Assembly (NCBI GenBank): GCA_963745075.1
Contig: CAVUWV010000008.1
Location: 32,001-96,000 of the forward strand
Reading direction: 5' to 3'
Length of the DNA: 64,000 nt
From: Candidatus Hydrogenedentota bacterium
Lineage (GTDB): Bacteria > Hydrogenedentota > Hydrogenedentia > Hydrogenedentales > SLHB01
Positions within the stretch are counted from its first letter, which is position 1, and every line of letters starts with the position of its first letter. Shown one piece after another: positions 1 through 9,844 of this stretch. Under the pieces are notes generated by a model. The model was given only the letters and a program-made list of their open reading frames with translations, was not told the origin of the DNA and made no database searches. The translations under genes and the position numbers were made by a program.

Positions 1-702
1 GATTTTGATTCCCAGTTGGCGCAGCGCATCGCGTTGGAAGCATTGCTAATCCGGCTGTCGAAGGTATCGGTGGAAGTGTCGGTGGACGCGGTGCTGGAAA
101 AGCTCGCACAACTGGGCGCCGGCGGGATAGGGACGTTGCCGGCCGGCGATGCGCCGCCGGGAACCGTGACGCGGTCGGTGGGCGCGGCAGCGGCTGTGAC
201 GCCGAAAGCGGTTCGGGAGCGCCCACCGTTAGAGCCGGAATCGGCCGAACCGGCGGGTAAACCCCGCCGGGTCACCGTGACGCCGGATACCATGGTGGAC
301 CATTGGCAGCGGATTGCGGAAGCGATCTCGGGTGGAAGCCTCAAACTGGGTATCGCACTGGCCCATGGGCGCCCCGTCGCCATTGACGGCGAGGAACTGG
401 TGGTGCGCTTCCCCGAGGACCAGGGGAACTCGATGGCGCTGGTAGACCAGCGGGAACATCGGGAAATCGTCCGGGCGGCGCTGGGCGAGACGACGACCAA
501 CCTGACCTCGTGGCGGATGGACGCATGGCAGGAAATCCAGGAATTGGAATCACCCGGAGATCCCCGGCGGGCCCCGCTGGCGGGGGGGCATGTGAGTGCG
601 GAGGAGGCCGAGACCGCGCTACAGAATCCCCACGTGGCGAAGGTTATGGAGGTGTTTCGGGGCCGCATCGTGGAGATTAAGCACGGGACAGGTTCGGAAT
701 AG
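1..702 (+). CDS. dnaX: DNA polymerase III subunit gamma/tau, C-terminal part (5'-truncated by window)
   Basis: Frame open from base 1. RIALEALLIRL (end of domain III), Pro/Ala linker, then C-terminal ...NPHVAKVMEVFRGRIVEI typical of tau. Confidence 0.75.
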   Translation, partial: DFDSQLAQRIALEALLIRLSKVSVEVSVDAVLEKLAQLGAGGIGTLPAGDAPPGTVTRSVGAAAAVTPKAVRERPPLEPESAEPAGKPRRVTVTPDTMVDHWQRIAEAISGGSLKLGIALAHGRPVAIDGEELVVRFPEDQGNSMALVDQREHREIVRAALGETTTNLTSWRMDAWQEIQELESPGDPRRAPLAGGHVSAEEAETALQNPHVAKVMEVFRGRIVEIKHGTGSE

Positions 703-864
703 CCGGCATTTCTCACCGCCCGAGAGGCGTTGTCTTGCAGACCCAACGTCTGGTGCATGTGAAAATTCCGGATGAGGGGGAACGTTCGACGGTCGCCGGG
801 GGATCAGGTATCGTAGTGAGGCCGATTGTTCGCAGTCAGCGAATAGAACGAGCGGAGAACACTG

Positions 865-2862
865 TTGGATATCTACATACGCAAACGCGGAACCGGCCCG
901 TCGCTCGTGGCGGTTGCGGCGTTTTTGTTCGGGTTGCTGATCGGTTTCACGGCATGTTACGCCATCTTCGTTGACCACGGCGGGCCGGCGGGACCGGGCA
1001 AGATTGCCAGTTTGCCACCGGAAGCGGCGGCACCCGCACAGCCGCCCGCGGAGCAGCCGCCGCCGAAAGTGGAGACGCCGCCGGAACCGGAGTCGCCCGC
1101 ACCGTCCGAAGCGCCACCGGCGCCCGGCACGGAACTGGAACAGTTGGAAGATGCCTGGGCTGCGCGGCATTTGTTCATCGCGGTGAAGGGCACGAAGCTG
1201 GACGACGCGACGCGGGACCTGCTGGCGGAACTCAAGCCGGGCGGGGTGGTGCTGCAAGCCGACAATATCACGATCAAGACGCAGACGATCGGGCTGATCA
1301 AGTCTATCAAAGACGCCGTGGGTCTGGGCAAAGACATTGACAGTTTGCCGCTTATCGCCGTGGCTCAAGAGGGCGGCGCGATGAACGTCATGAATTTGTC
1401 CGATGCACCCAGCGCGGCGACCATCGGCGAGCACCGCGATATCGAGTTTGCGCGGAGTGTGGGGCAGAATTTCGCTTCGGCGGCGGCGGACCGGGGTATC
1501 GGTGTGCTGTTGGCGCCGGTGCTCGACGTGTATCCGGCGGATGCGCCGGAAATATTGCGCGCCCGTTCCTTGGGCACGGACTACCAGGTAGTGAATTCGC
1601 TGGGACTGGCCTTTGCCGAAGGAGTGACCTTGGGCGGCGCAATTCCGGTGGTCAAACATTTCCCCGGCTTGGGCTATGCGAAAGGGGACGGATACGAAAC
1701 GGTTGCGGTGCTGCCTGAAGATGTTCCGTTGGAAGAAGTCGTCTTTCCGTTCAACGAAGCGGTCACGCGGGGCGTACCCGGGATCCTGGTGGGTCACGTG
1801 GCGGTCCCGGCGTTTGATACGGAAGCGCCCAACCGGCCCGCGTCGCTGTCTCCGAAGATGTTGACGGAGCTGGTGCGCGGAACGTGGAACTATTCCGGCG
1901 CGATCATCGCGGACGACCTTTCCGCGCCCGCGATCACGAAGTCGCTGAGCGTGGGCGAAGCCGCGGTGCAGGCGCTGGCGGCCGGATGCGATGCGGCGAT
2001 CGTGCTGGACCCGAGTTTCGACACGATTCGCGGAGTGGTCGGGGCCATTGACGACGCCGTCACGGCCGGCGTGTTGAGCCGGGAGAGTTTGAGCGACAGT
2101 AAGGAACGGCTGGACGCGTGGCAGCAGTGGCTGCGGAAACCGGTTCCGGGACTGACGGGCGCGATTCCCGAACTGCCGCCTCTGCCGGCGGCGGGCGAAA
2201 CCGAGGCGCCGGTCCCGGCCGCACCGTTGTCGCCGGCGCAGACCTATGAAGTGGTCGGCGGTGACACCTTGTACAAGATCGCGCAAACGTATCATGCGAC
2301 CATCCAGCAGTTGCAGGATTGGAATAATCTGAAGAACTCGACGCTGCGCGTGGGACAGAAGCTGATCGTCAGTCCACCCGAGGCGACCCCGAAGCCCGAG
2401 GCAGCACCGGCTCCACCGGCGGAGGGTCCGGCGGAAACGGCTGAGCCGTCGGAACCGACGGCCGAGGCGCCGGAATCGGCGATGCCGCCGGAGTCGGTAC
2501 CGGACGAAGCGCCGGAACCCGTTGCGGAACAGAAGACCGTGTCACATACCGTCAAACCGGGTGAGTTTCTTGCGACCATCGCGGATCAGTATGGGGTGAC
2601 GTATCAGGAGATCATGCGGTGGAACAAGCTGTCGAGCACGAATATTTATGCGGGCCAGAAGCTGACGATCCACGTGGGTGGGGAACCCGCGGCGAACGCA
2701 TCCGCGCCGCAACCGGAGGAACAGAAGTACACGGTGCAGAGCGGCGATTTCCTCGGAAAGATTGCGGATCAATACGGCGTGACGGTGAAACAGTTGATGG
2801 AGTGGAATAACCTTTCGGGTATCGAATTGCAGGTCGGGCAGGTGCTGGTGATTAAGAAGTAA
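865..2862 (+). CDS. Membrane-anchored GH3 (NagZ-like) domain protein with three C-terminal LysM domains
   Basis: N-terminal TM helix. Motifs QEGG, APVLDV, RSLG, KHFPGLG, IIADDL. Three LysM repeats (YEVVGGDTLYKIA, HTVKPGEFLATIA, YTVQSGDFLGKIA). Confidence 0.85.
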   Translation: MDIYIRKRGTGPSLVAVAAFLFGLLIGFTACYAIFVDHGGPAGPGKIASLPPEAAAPAQPPAEQPPPKVETPPEPESPAPSEAPPAPGTELEQLEDAWAARHLFIAVKGTKLDDATRDLLAELKPGGVVLQADNITIKTQTIGLIKSIKDAVGLGKDIDSLPLIAVAQEGGAMNVMNLSDAPSAATIGEHRDIEFARSVGQNFASAAADRGIGVLLAPVLDVYPADAPEILRARSLGTDYQVVNSLGLAFAEGVTLGGAIPVVKHFPGLGYAKGDGYETVAVLPEDVPLEEVVFPFNEAVTRGVPGILVGHVAVPAFDTEAPNRPASLSPKMLTELVRGTWNYSGAIIADDLSAPAITKSLSVGEAAVQALAAGCDAAIVLDPSFDTIRGVVGAIDDAVTAGVLSRESLSDSKERLDAWQQWLRKPVPGLTGAIPELPPLPAAGETEAPVPAAPLSPAQTYEVVGGDTLYKIAQTYHATIQQLQDWNNLKNSTLRVGQKLIVSPPEATPKPEAAPAPPAEGPAETAEPSEPTAEAPESAMPPESVPDEAPEPVAEQKTVSHTVKPGEFLATIADQYGVTYQEIMRWNKLSSTNIYAGQKLTIHVGGEPAANASAPQPEEQKYTVQSGDFLGKIADQYGVTVKQLMEWNNLSGIELQVGQVLVIKK

Positions 2863-2937
2863 TGGATAGGTGGCGGACTTTTTCGATTACGATTACGAAC
2901 ACGGTTACGAACGCAGCGGCGAATCAGCGATCAACGC

Positions 2938-4008
2938 TCACGAGATCACCTCGAGTTCATCCTTATCCGGCAATGCAGGGAAGGGCGCGTGGGGTTCGGC
3001 CTGGTACCAGAAGGCGACGGAGGCGATGTCGTCCTGGTTGGGGAGGAAGCGGCGGCCGCTGCGCCAGCCGAGGGCTTGGATGGTTACGCGCAGGTCCTGT
3101 TCGAAGCGGATGGGATCCATGATGTGCCAACGGTACAGTCCGAAGCGTTGTTGGGATTGATAGGTGCCGTCGGGCCGAATCACTTGGGGAAGCCCCGCGT
3201 AGGCGGTTGAGAACTCGGTGTATTGGCCGTCGCGGTCGAAGTTGTAGGAGCCGCAGAAGTAGTCCTCCGTGCCCGTGCCGCAGATGGTGGGCCATTCGTC
3301 GCCGTCGAGATAGAATTTGATTTCACCCTCGCCCCACCAGCCGGTGTTGTTCACCTGCCAGGCCATGTAGGCGCCGACATACTGCCCGTGCCCTTTGATG
3401 CCGTCGACAATCGTGTAGACCTCCTTGTAGGGAAGCGGATTCGTTCGACGAAATTGGGCGTGGAAGTAGGCCGCGTCATCGGGAATGTCGGTCAAGGTGT
3501 AGTTGACCTGGTAGTAGAGGACGATGTCTTCTTCCGCGATGTTCTCGAGCGTGATGCGGCAGTGTTTGCGGAAGGGCATCTCCCAATAACAGTTGAACGC
3601 GCTGCCCGGGTTCACGCAAACCGGAAGCGAGTTCACGTGGGCGTACCTTCCCCAGCCCATGCAGAAGAAGTCGCCGACGGGCGTCTCGACGCTGGGCGTT
3701 TCCTCACCGTCCCAGTAGAACCGCAGGATGGCGTGACGCCAATGGCCGGTGGGGGTCATCCAGATCTGCTGAATCGCGCCTGGCCCTTCGATGTCCGCGA
3801 CTTCAAAGGTCTGTCCGCCCTGAATCGCGACCGACGGCGAAATCTTCCACCCTTGTCCGAGGTCGCGCGCGCATTCGGCGCCCGTGCCTTCCGTAGCCAT
3901 GCCACCCTTGCCCTTGGCGCCGTCGAAATTCTCGGGCGAGATGGACCGCGTCTTTGCGTGGGACAACCGCGACAGATTTCCAAGACTGAGGTTTAGTCCG
4001 TTATACAT
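2938..4008 (-). CDS. DUF2961 / GH172 family glycoside hydrolase
   Basis: TRSISPENFDGAKGKGG, GPGAIQQIWMT, WWGEGEIKFY, GTGTEDYF, DDIASVAFWYQ motifs. Start placed at ATG 4008. Confidence 0.88.
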   Translation of the reverse strand: MYNGLNLSLGNLSRLSHAKTRSISPENFDGAKGKGGMATEGTGAECARDLGQGWKISPSVAIQGGQTFEVADIEGPGAIQQIWMTPTGHWRHAILRFYWDGEETPSVETPVGDFFCMGWGRYAHVNSLPVCVNPGSAFNCYWEMPFRKHCRITLENIAEEDIVLYYQVNYTLTDIPDDAAYFHAQFRRTNPLPYKEVYTIVDGIKGHGQYVGAYMAWQVNNTGWWGEGEIKFYLDGDEWPTICGTGTEDYFCGSYNFDRDGQYTEFSTAYAGLPQVIRPDGTYQSQQRFGLYRWHIMDPIRFEQDLRVTIQALGWRSGRRFLPNQDDIASVAFWYQAEPHAPFPALPDKDELEVIS

Positions 4009-4129
4009 GGCACAGGCTCCTTCCACGGGGTTGGCGACGATCCATTATGCCCGAAGAGATGAGGCGAGTGTACTTGCGGCCGTGTGATCTCGGTGGTTTG
4101 ACGTGCTAGATTGAGGGCGGTGAATCGAC

Positions 4130-6679
4130 ATGGGCGCAACAATGGGGGCTGCGAACGTGAGTAATGTAAGACTTGGCGGGATTCTGTTCGTAGTGGGCGC
4201 GACCGTTGCGTACGGAGCGGTTGCACCTTCGTTCACGGGCGAGGCGCAAGCACAGGCGGCGCCGTTGTCGTTATGGTACCGGGCATCGGCGGCGGAGTGG
4301 ACGGAGGCGTTGCCGGTCGGGAACGGGCGGCTGGGGGCGATGGTGTTCGGCGGGGTCGTGAAGGAACGGCTCCAGTTGAACGAGGAAACGGTGTGGGACG
4401 GCAAGCGGTCGGACCGCGTCAACCCCAAAGCGTTGGAAGCCTTGCCGGAAGTGCGGCGCCTGCTCTTCGATGGGAAGAATGAAGAAGCGGCGAAACTGGC
4501 GGGTGACACCATGATGGGGGTGCCCGAGCGGATCGACTCGTATCAGTCGCTGGGCGATTTGTGGATGGACTTTTCCGAGGTAGACGAGGTCCGGGAGTAT
4601 CGCCGCTCGCTCAATCTCGAAACCGGCATTGTGGAAGTGGGCTACACAGTTCCAAAGGTCCATACCGTCCACGATGTTCGTGACGTCCATTACCACCGCG
4701 AAACCTTTGCGTCCGCGCCGGCGCAGGCTATCGTGACGCAGATCACCGCCGACCAGCCCGGCGCGATCTCGATGACCGTATCCGTCACGCGGGAGCAGGA
4801 CGCGGTGTATCTGAGTGAAGGCGATGATCGCGTGATTCTGCGGGGACAAATCGCAGCGCCGAAAGATGATGCCGGGAACCCCATCGGCGTGCGGTTTGAA
4901 TCGCACATCCTTGCGCGCGTGGATGGCGGGGAGATGACGAACGCCGACGGCAAACTGACCATCGCGAACGCCGATACGGTAACGTTGCTGGTTGTAGCCG
5001 CGACGGACTATCGCGGGGGCGACGCGGAAGAGCAATGCCGGACGTATCTCGAGGGGTTGTCCAGCGTGTCGTACGGCGACCTTCGCGCGGCGCACGTCGT
5101 CGACCATCAATCCTTGTTCCGCCGCGTATCGATCGATCTTGGCGACGATCCGCATCCGGAACTGCCGACGGACGAGCGGCTCGCGCTGCACTCCGCCAAC
5201 GATCCGCATTTGGTGGAGCTTTACTTCCAGTATGGACGGTATCTACTTATGGGGTCGTCGCGACCCGGTTGCCTGCCCGCAAATCTACAGGGGTTGTGGA
5301 ACGAGCACATGAATGCGCCGTGGAACAGCGACTACCACACGAACATCAATCTGCAAATGAACTACTGGCCCGCCGAGGTGACGAATCTTGCCGAGTGTCA
5401 CGTGCCGTTATTCGACTACATGGATTCGTTGGTGCCGTCGGGCGAGCACACCGCGCAGGCCGAGTACGGGTGCCGCGGATGGGTGGTTCATCATCTCAGC
5501 GACCTCTTTGGGTTCACCGCGCCGGCCGACGGGGTCTGGGGCATCTGGCCCATGGGCGCCGCGTGGCTGGCGCAACATCCTTACGAACACTACCTGTTTT
5601 CGGGGGATGAGGACTTTCTGCGCGAACGCGCGTACCCGTTAATGAAGGGTGCGGCCTTGTTCATGCTCGATTATCTCGTCGAGGATCCGCAGGGGCGGCT
5701 CGTTACCAATCCGTCCCACTCGCCGGAAAACAAATTCCGCAAACCCGACGGCACGGAGTCCATGTTCACGTACGGCGCGACGATGGATCTGGAAATCATT
5801 CACGATCTGTTTACGAACACCATCGATGCGAGCGAGACCTTGGATGTCGACGCCGATTTCCGCGAGGAATTGCAGTCGGCGTTGGACCGGCTCGCGCCGT
5901 TGCAGATCAGCAAGAAGACGGGGCGATTGCAGGAGTGGATCGAAGACTACGACGAACCCGAGCCGGGGCACCGGCATATGTCGCACCTGTTCGCCGTGCA
6001 TCCCGGACATGAGATCACGTTGCGGGGGACGCCGGAGTTGGCCGAGGCGGCGCGGAAATCGCTCGAATACCGGTTGTTCCACGGCGGCGGGCACACGGGC
6101 TGGAGCCGGGCGTGGATCGTGAGTTTCTGGGCGCGCTTCGAGAACGCGGACAAGGCGTACCGGAACTTGCAGACCTTGCTGGCGAAATCCACGTTGCCGA
6201 ATCTGTTCGACAACCATCCGCCGTTCCAGATCGACGGCAACTTCGGCGGCACGGCGGGCATCGCGGAAATGCTCCTGCAAAGCCATGACGGAGAGATTCA
6301 CTTGCTGCCTGCGTTGCCCGTGGAATGGAGCCGGGGAAGCGTTCTTGGTTTGCGCGCGCGCGGCGGCTTCGAGGTGAGCATGGATTGGGACCAACGACGG
6401 CTCAGTGAAGTGCGCATCATGTCGCATCTCGGCGGCACGTGTCGCGTTCGCAGCCTCTCGCCGCTGAGTGTCCATGCAATTCCGCTTGGCGAAGGCCCGC
6501 CCGTGTCTTTGGGTGAAGCCGCGGATGTTCGCGTTATCGAAATCAAATTGGAACCCATTGCGTCGATTTCGCCCGAACCGAACGTGGTCGAGTTCCCTAC
6601 CGAGGCGGGAAGGACCTATCTGCTTCTTCGCACGGTCACGCCTGCCGACCGCGTGAACGACTCGGCCGAGCGGCCGTAG
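4130..6679 (+). CDS. GH95 alpha-1,2-L-fucosidase, secreted
   Basis: [61 protein letters not shown]. Signal peptide present. Confidence 0.93.
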   Translation: MGATMGAANVSNVRLGGILFVVGATVAYGAVAPSFTGEAQAQAAPLSLWYRASAAEWTEALPVGNGRLGAMVFGGVVKERLQLNEETVWDGKRSDRVNPKALEALPEVRRLLFDGKNEEAAKLAGDTMMGVPERIDSYQSLGDLWMDFSEVDEVREYRRSLNLETGIVEVGYTVPKVHTVHDVRDVHYHRETFASAPAQAIVTQITADQPGAISMTVSVTREQDAVYLSEGDDRVILRGQIAAPKDDAGNPIGVRFESHILARVDGGEMTNADGKLTIANADTVTLLVVAATDYRGGDAEEQCRTYLEGLSSVSYGDLRAAHVVDHQSLFRRVSIDLGDDPHPELPTDERLALHSANDPHLVELYFQYGRYLLMGSSRPGCLPANLQGLWNEHMNAPWNSDYHTNINLQMNYWPAEVTNLAECHVPLFDYMDSLVPSGEHTAQAEYGCRGWVVHHLSDLFGFTAPADGVWGIWPMGAAWLAQHPYEHYLFSGDEDFLRERAYPLMKGAALFMLDYLVEDPQGRLVTNPSHSPENKFRKPDGTESMFTYGATMDLEIIHDLFTNTIDASETLDVDADFREELQSALDRLAPLQISKKTGRLQEWIEDYDEPEPGHRHMSHLFAVHPGHEITLRGTPELAEAARKSLEYRLFHGGGHTGWSRAWIVSFWARFENADKAYRNLQTLLAKSTLPNLFDNHPPFQIDGNFGGTAGIAEMLLQSHDGEIHLLPALPVEWSRGSVLGLRARGGFEVSMDWDQRRLSEVRIMSHLGGTCRVRSLSPLSVHAIPLGEGPPVSLGEAADVRVIEIKLEPIASISPEPNVVEFPTEAGRTYLLLRTVTPADRVNDSAERP

Positions 6680-6707
6680 ATTAAGGGGTCGATTGTGCGC
6701 GCGGGGT

Positions 6708-7331
6708 TCAGGCTTCGGCGCGATAGTTTTTGAACCAGACGCTGACGACGCCGATGAAGGCGCCGGCGCAGAAGCCGACGAGCCCAGTCAGGTAGATGGG
6801 GTCGTCCGGCGGGGCAATAAGATTGGCCTCCACCAGATGGTGGGTCACCGAAAGGATGAAACCCAGTCCGGCGGCAATTCCGGCGCCAACGGCGAAGGTC
6901 ATATCCAGCGTGGAAACCATGCCCCAGGTGCAGCCGAGGAGGAATCCCGCGAACGCACCGAACTCGGCGCCGCCGAACACGCCCGCGCGCATTTGAGCCG
7001 TGTCGGTGCCGTGCATGAGCGCCACGGAAATCACCGCCATGAAGATGCCGCCCGCCATCGCGCCGCCGCTGCCCCAGAGGAAGGTGCTCAAGAGCGCGCT
7101 CTTCAAGTGACAGCGCACGTATTCTGCGGCGGACTGGGTGGTTTCCGGCGCGGCCGGTTGTGCGACCGTTGTGGTTGGTGTGATGGCGCCAAGACCACCC
7201 GCCATGGCGAGCTGCGGACCCTGGTTTAGCACGGTATTACAGGACCGGCACCGTGCCGCCATTCGTTCGTACCCCGGTGGAATCTGCATTTTTGTCCCGC
7301 AGACGGGACATACGACCAGCTTGCCCTGCAT
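6708..7331 (-). CDS. Hypothetical membrane protein with N-terminal zinc ribbon
   Basis: CPVC...CRSC followed by about four Gly-rich TM helices. GGAGG RBS upstream. Confidence 0.7.
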   Translation of the reverse strand: MQGKLVVCPVCGTKMQIPPGYERMAARCRSCNTVLNQGPQLAMAGGLGAITPTTTVAQPAAPETTQSAAEYVRCHLKSALLSTFLWGSGGAMAGGIFMAVISVALMHGTDTAQMRAGVFGGAEFGAFAGFLLGCTWGMVSTLDMTFAVGAGIAAGLGFILSVTHHLVEANLIAPPDDPIYLTGLVGFCAGAFIGVVSVWFKNYRAEA

Positions 7332-7513
7332 ACACTACACCTCCCTCGATTAGAAAGTGCTACCTTTGGCCCCAGGATCTGCCGTTATACCATAGGATGC
7401 CGGATTTGGGAAGGGCATTGGGGAGTGTGGATTAGGAAGAAGGCTAATGTCTTCCTAGGGTATACTGCGGAACGAATCCAGATTGGGGGTCACGGGAAGG
7501 ACGCGCGCAGCAC

Positions 7514-8866
7514 ATGACAACGATGACACTACTGACGGGAATGGCATGGATGATGGTTTCAACCCACGTGGCCGCAATGCCGCCGGAGCCGTTGCTCCCG
7601 GTACCGAGTCCGGAACAACTCGCATGGCAGGACATGGATTACGGCATGTTCTGTCACTTCGGCATTAATACGTTCCACAACGAGGAATGGACGGACGGGA
7701 GCAAGGATCCGGCCTCGTTCAATCCCAGTGATTTTAATGCACGGCAGTGGGTCGAGACGGCGAAACGGTGCGGGATGAAGTATCTCGTGGTCACGGCGAA
7801 ACATCACGACGGGTTCGCCGTGTATCCGACGAAGTACAGTGATTACGCGGTGACGGCGAGTCCCTGGCGGGACGGCAAAGGCGACGTGGTTCAGGAGGTG
7901 TCGGACGCGTGCCACGATCTCGGCGTGGTGTTCGGATTCTACCTGTCGCCGTGGGATCGGCACGAACCCGCGTACGCGGATCCACCGGCCTATGACGCCC
8001 ATTTCAAAGACATGCTGCGCGAGCTGCTCACCAGCTACGGAACCGTCGGCGAAGTCTGGTTTGATGGCGCGGGGAGTAAAGGTCACACCTACGATTGGGA
8101 CGGCTACTATGCGCTGATCCGCGAATTGCAGCCGCACGCACTCATCGCCATCTGCGGACCCGACATTCGCTGGGTGGGTAACGAACAAGGCGTTGCGCCC
8201 GAAACGCTCTGGAGCGTCGTGGACCGCGACGGCGGGAAGGCGTGGCATCCTGCGGAGTGCGACGTGCCCATTCGGAAAGGCCAGTGGTTCTTTCATACCG
8301 ACGGCGAGCCGAACCTGCGCAGCGTGGAAGAAGTACTCGACATCTATTACAAATCCGTGGGGCGGGGCGCGGTGTTGCTGCTGAACGTATCCCCCGACCG
8401 GCGCGGACAGCTTCCCGAGAAGGACGTGGCCGTGTTGGACGCAGTCTGGCAAACCGTCACGGACACGTTCAAAACGAATCTTGCACAGGGCAAACCGGCC
8501 ACGGCGAGCAACGTGCGCGGGGACGATGCGACGTTCGGCGCGGCGTGCGCGGTCGACGGCGACGGGGACACGTACTGGTGCACGGACGATGGCGTGACAT
8601 CGGCGACGTTGACGGTGGACCTCGGAGAACCTTCGACGTTCAATCGTTCCATGCTTCAGGAGACCATCGCGCTCGGGCAACGAGTGGAAACGTACACGCT
8701 GGAAGCGTTGGTCGACGGCAAATGGAAGACGATTGCCGAGGGGACGACCATCGGGCACAAACGGCTCGACCGGTTCGACGACGTTACGGCGACGCAGGTG
8801 CGTCTGACAGTAAACGCGTTGGCGTGTCCGACGATTCGCGCGTTCGGGTTGTATCGCGCGAAATGA
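7514..8866 (+). CDS. GH29 alpha-L-fucosidase with C-terminal F5/8 type C (CBM32-like) domain
   Basis: MFCHFGINTF, TAKHHDGF, YLSPWDRH, EVWFDGA, DIRWVGNE, YYKSVGRG. C-terminal AVDGDGDTYW...TIGHKRL. Confidence 0.93.
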   Translation: MTTMTLLTGMAWMMVSTHVAAMPPEPLLPVPSPEQLAWQDMDYGMFCHFGINTFHNEEWTDGSKDPASFNPSDFNARQWVETAKRCGMKYLVVTAKHHDGFAVYPTKYSDYAVTASPWRDGKGDVVQEVSDACHDLGVVFGFYLSPWDRHEPAYADPPAYDAHFKDMLRELLTSYGTVGEVWFDGAGSKGHTYDWDGYYALIRELQPHALIAICGPDIRWVGNEQGVAPETLWSVVDRDGGKAWHPAECDVPIRKGQWFFHTDGEPNLRSVEEVLDIYYKSVGRGAVLLLNVSPDRRGQLPEKDVAVLDAVWQTVTDTFKTNLAQGKPATASNVRGDDATFGAACAVDGDGDTYWCTDDGVTSATLTVDLGEPSTFNRSMLQETIALGQRVETYTLEALVDGKWKTIAEGTTIGHKRLDRFDDVTATQVRLTVNALACPTIRAFGLYRAK

Positions 8867-8997
8867 GGAATGGCCGCGTTTGGGTGCGTCCATCCGTTCG
8901 CACGCGTGAGGCGGAATCCGTCCGCAATGCGGGGTGTGCGATTCGGGAGGCCTATGTCAATCGACTCGCTTCGCCATGCGGCGGGCGGGCTCCGGTT

Positions 8998-9144
8998 TCA
9001 GCCCCTCCGCATGAGGATTGCCGCGACCAATCGATCGAGAAACGTCAGAATCGCCCGTATCCCGAGCTGTCCAAAACTGCCAAATGTAAACGCCGCCTTG
9101 GCTGGCAAGTGACTTCCGCTGATCTGCCGCTTCAGTTGTTCCAT
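8998..9144 (-). CDS. Small 48-aa peptide MEQLKRQISGSHLPAKAAFTFGSFGQLGIRAILTFLDRLVAAILMRRG (not in ORF track)
   Basis: ATG at 9144 preceded by GAAAGAGAGGT RBS; TGA at 8998-9000. Polar leader followed by an amphipathic hydrophobic helix. Confidence 0.65.
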   Translation of the reverse strand: MEQLKRQISGSHLPAKAAFTFGSFGQLGIRAILTFLDRLVAAILMRRG

Positions 9145-9399
9145 GGTTTGACCTCTCTTTCGTTATGGTTTGACATGAGTTACCTGTGACAGTAATTCCG
9201 GTGCAGTTCCCCGCGGACGACTCACGCTACGCGCTTGCAGGATCCTGATGAGAAGATACCATGCACTAGAAATGCATATTTGTCAACCCGGTAGCAGTAA
9301 GCTGGCCTGCGTCACTACCGCCGATATTGCCTGTTTCATTCGAATTGTCGCGGTCTCTTTGTGTGCGAACACCTACAATGAGCAGATTAACCGAAGAAG

Positions 9400-9502
9400 A
9401 CGCGGACTGACCGGAACGCCACGCGGACCAACCAGAACGTCACGAGGACTGGCCGGAATCACGAGGACCGACCCAAACGTCACGACGACCACCCGCATTC
9501 AC
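9400..9502. repeat. Degenerate tandem repeat, 5 units of 19-21 bp starting ACG(C/A)(G/C)GAC
   Basis: acgcggactgaccggaacgcc / acgcggaccaaccagaacgtc / acgaggactggccggaatc / acgaggaccgacccaaacgtc / acgacgaccacccgcattc. Confidence 0.7.
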
Positions 9503-9723
9503 ACCGAAGGTGTGACGCAACCCTAGCCAGGGGCAAAGCCCCTGGTAACCGGGCCTCCCCTCACGATCAAGCGCTGAAAGTGCGGTCCAAGAGCGTTTCT
9601 CGAAACCAGTTCGACGTTTGTGGAATAGCCGCCCGTTTGCTTCGCCCCTTCAGGGCTCATTCACTGGTGTGGTTGGTTCCAGGGGCTTCGCCCCTGGCTA
9701 GGGTTGCGTGGCGCCTTCAGCGC
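9501..9723. repeat. MITE/REP-like element with nested inverted repeats
   Basis: 31-bp arms 9515-9545 and 9679-9709 (1 mismatch), each containing hairpin CCAGGGGC-xxx-GCCCCTGG. Inner GCGCTGAAAGTGCG / CGCCCCTTCAGGGC pair. Confidence 0.8.
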
Positions 9724-9844
9724 CATGACGGCCGTTGAGCGGCGTTGGTAGATGGCGATGAGTGGATTCGGCGGACGATTGGATTACGAGTACGAACACG
9801 ACGGGACAGCAGCGGTGGCTACGGGGGGATGGACCGAATCGCGC

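Noticed and set aside
619..2295. Long antisense ORFs (e.g. 619-2295, 7559-8893, 16633-18141, 24237-25604, 53765-55258)
   Set aside because: Shadows of well-supported genes on the opposite strand, expected from high-GC codon bias; no recognisable motifs.
8954..9112. Plus-strand ORF MSIDSLRH... antisense to the 48-aa peptide
   Set aside because: GGGAGG lies only 3 nt from the ATG and the product has no features; the minus-strand ORF has the better RBS and architecture.
9400..9502. Possible mini-CRISPR array (also considered for family A repeats)
   Set aside because: Constant part is only about 8 bp with 11-13-bp related tails; family A copies are dispersed inverted pairs; no cas genes in the window.
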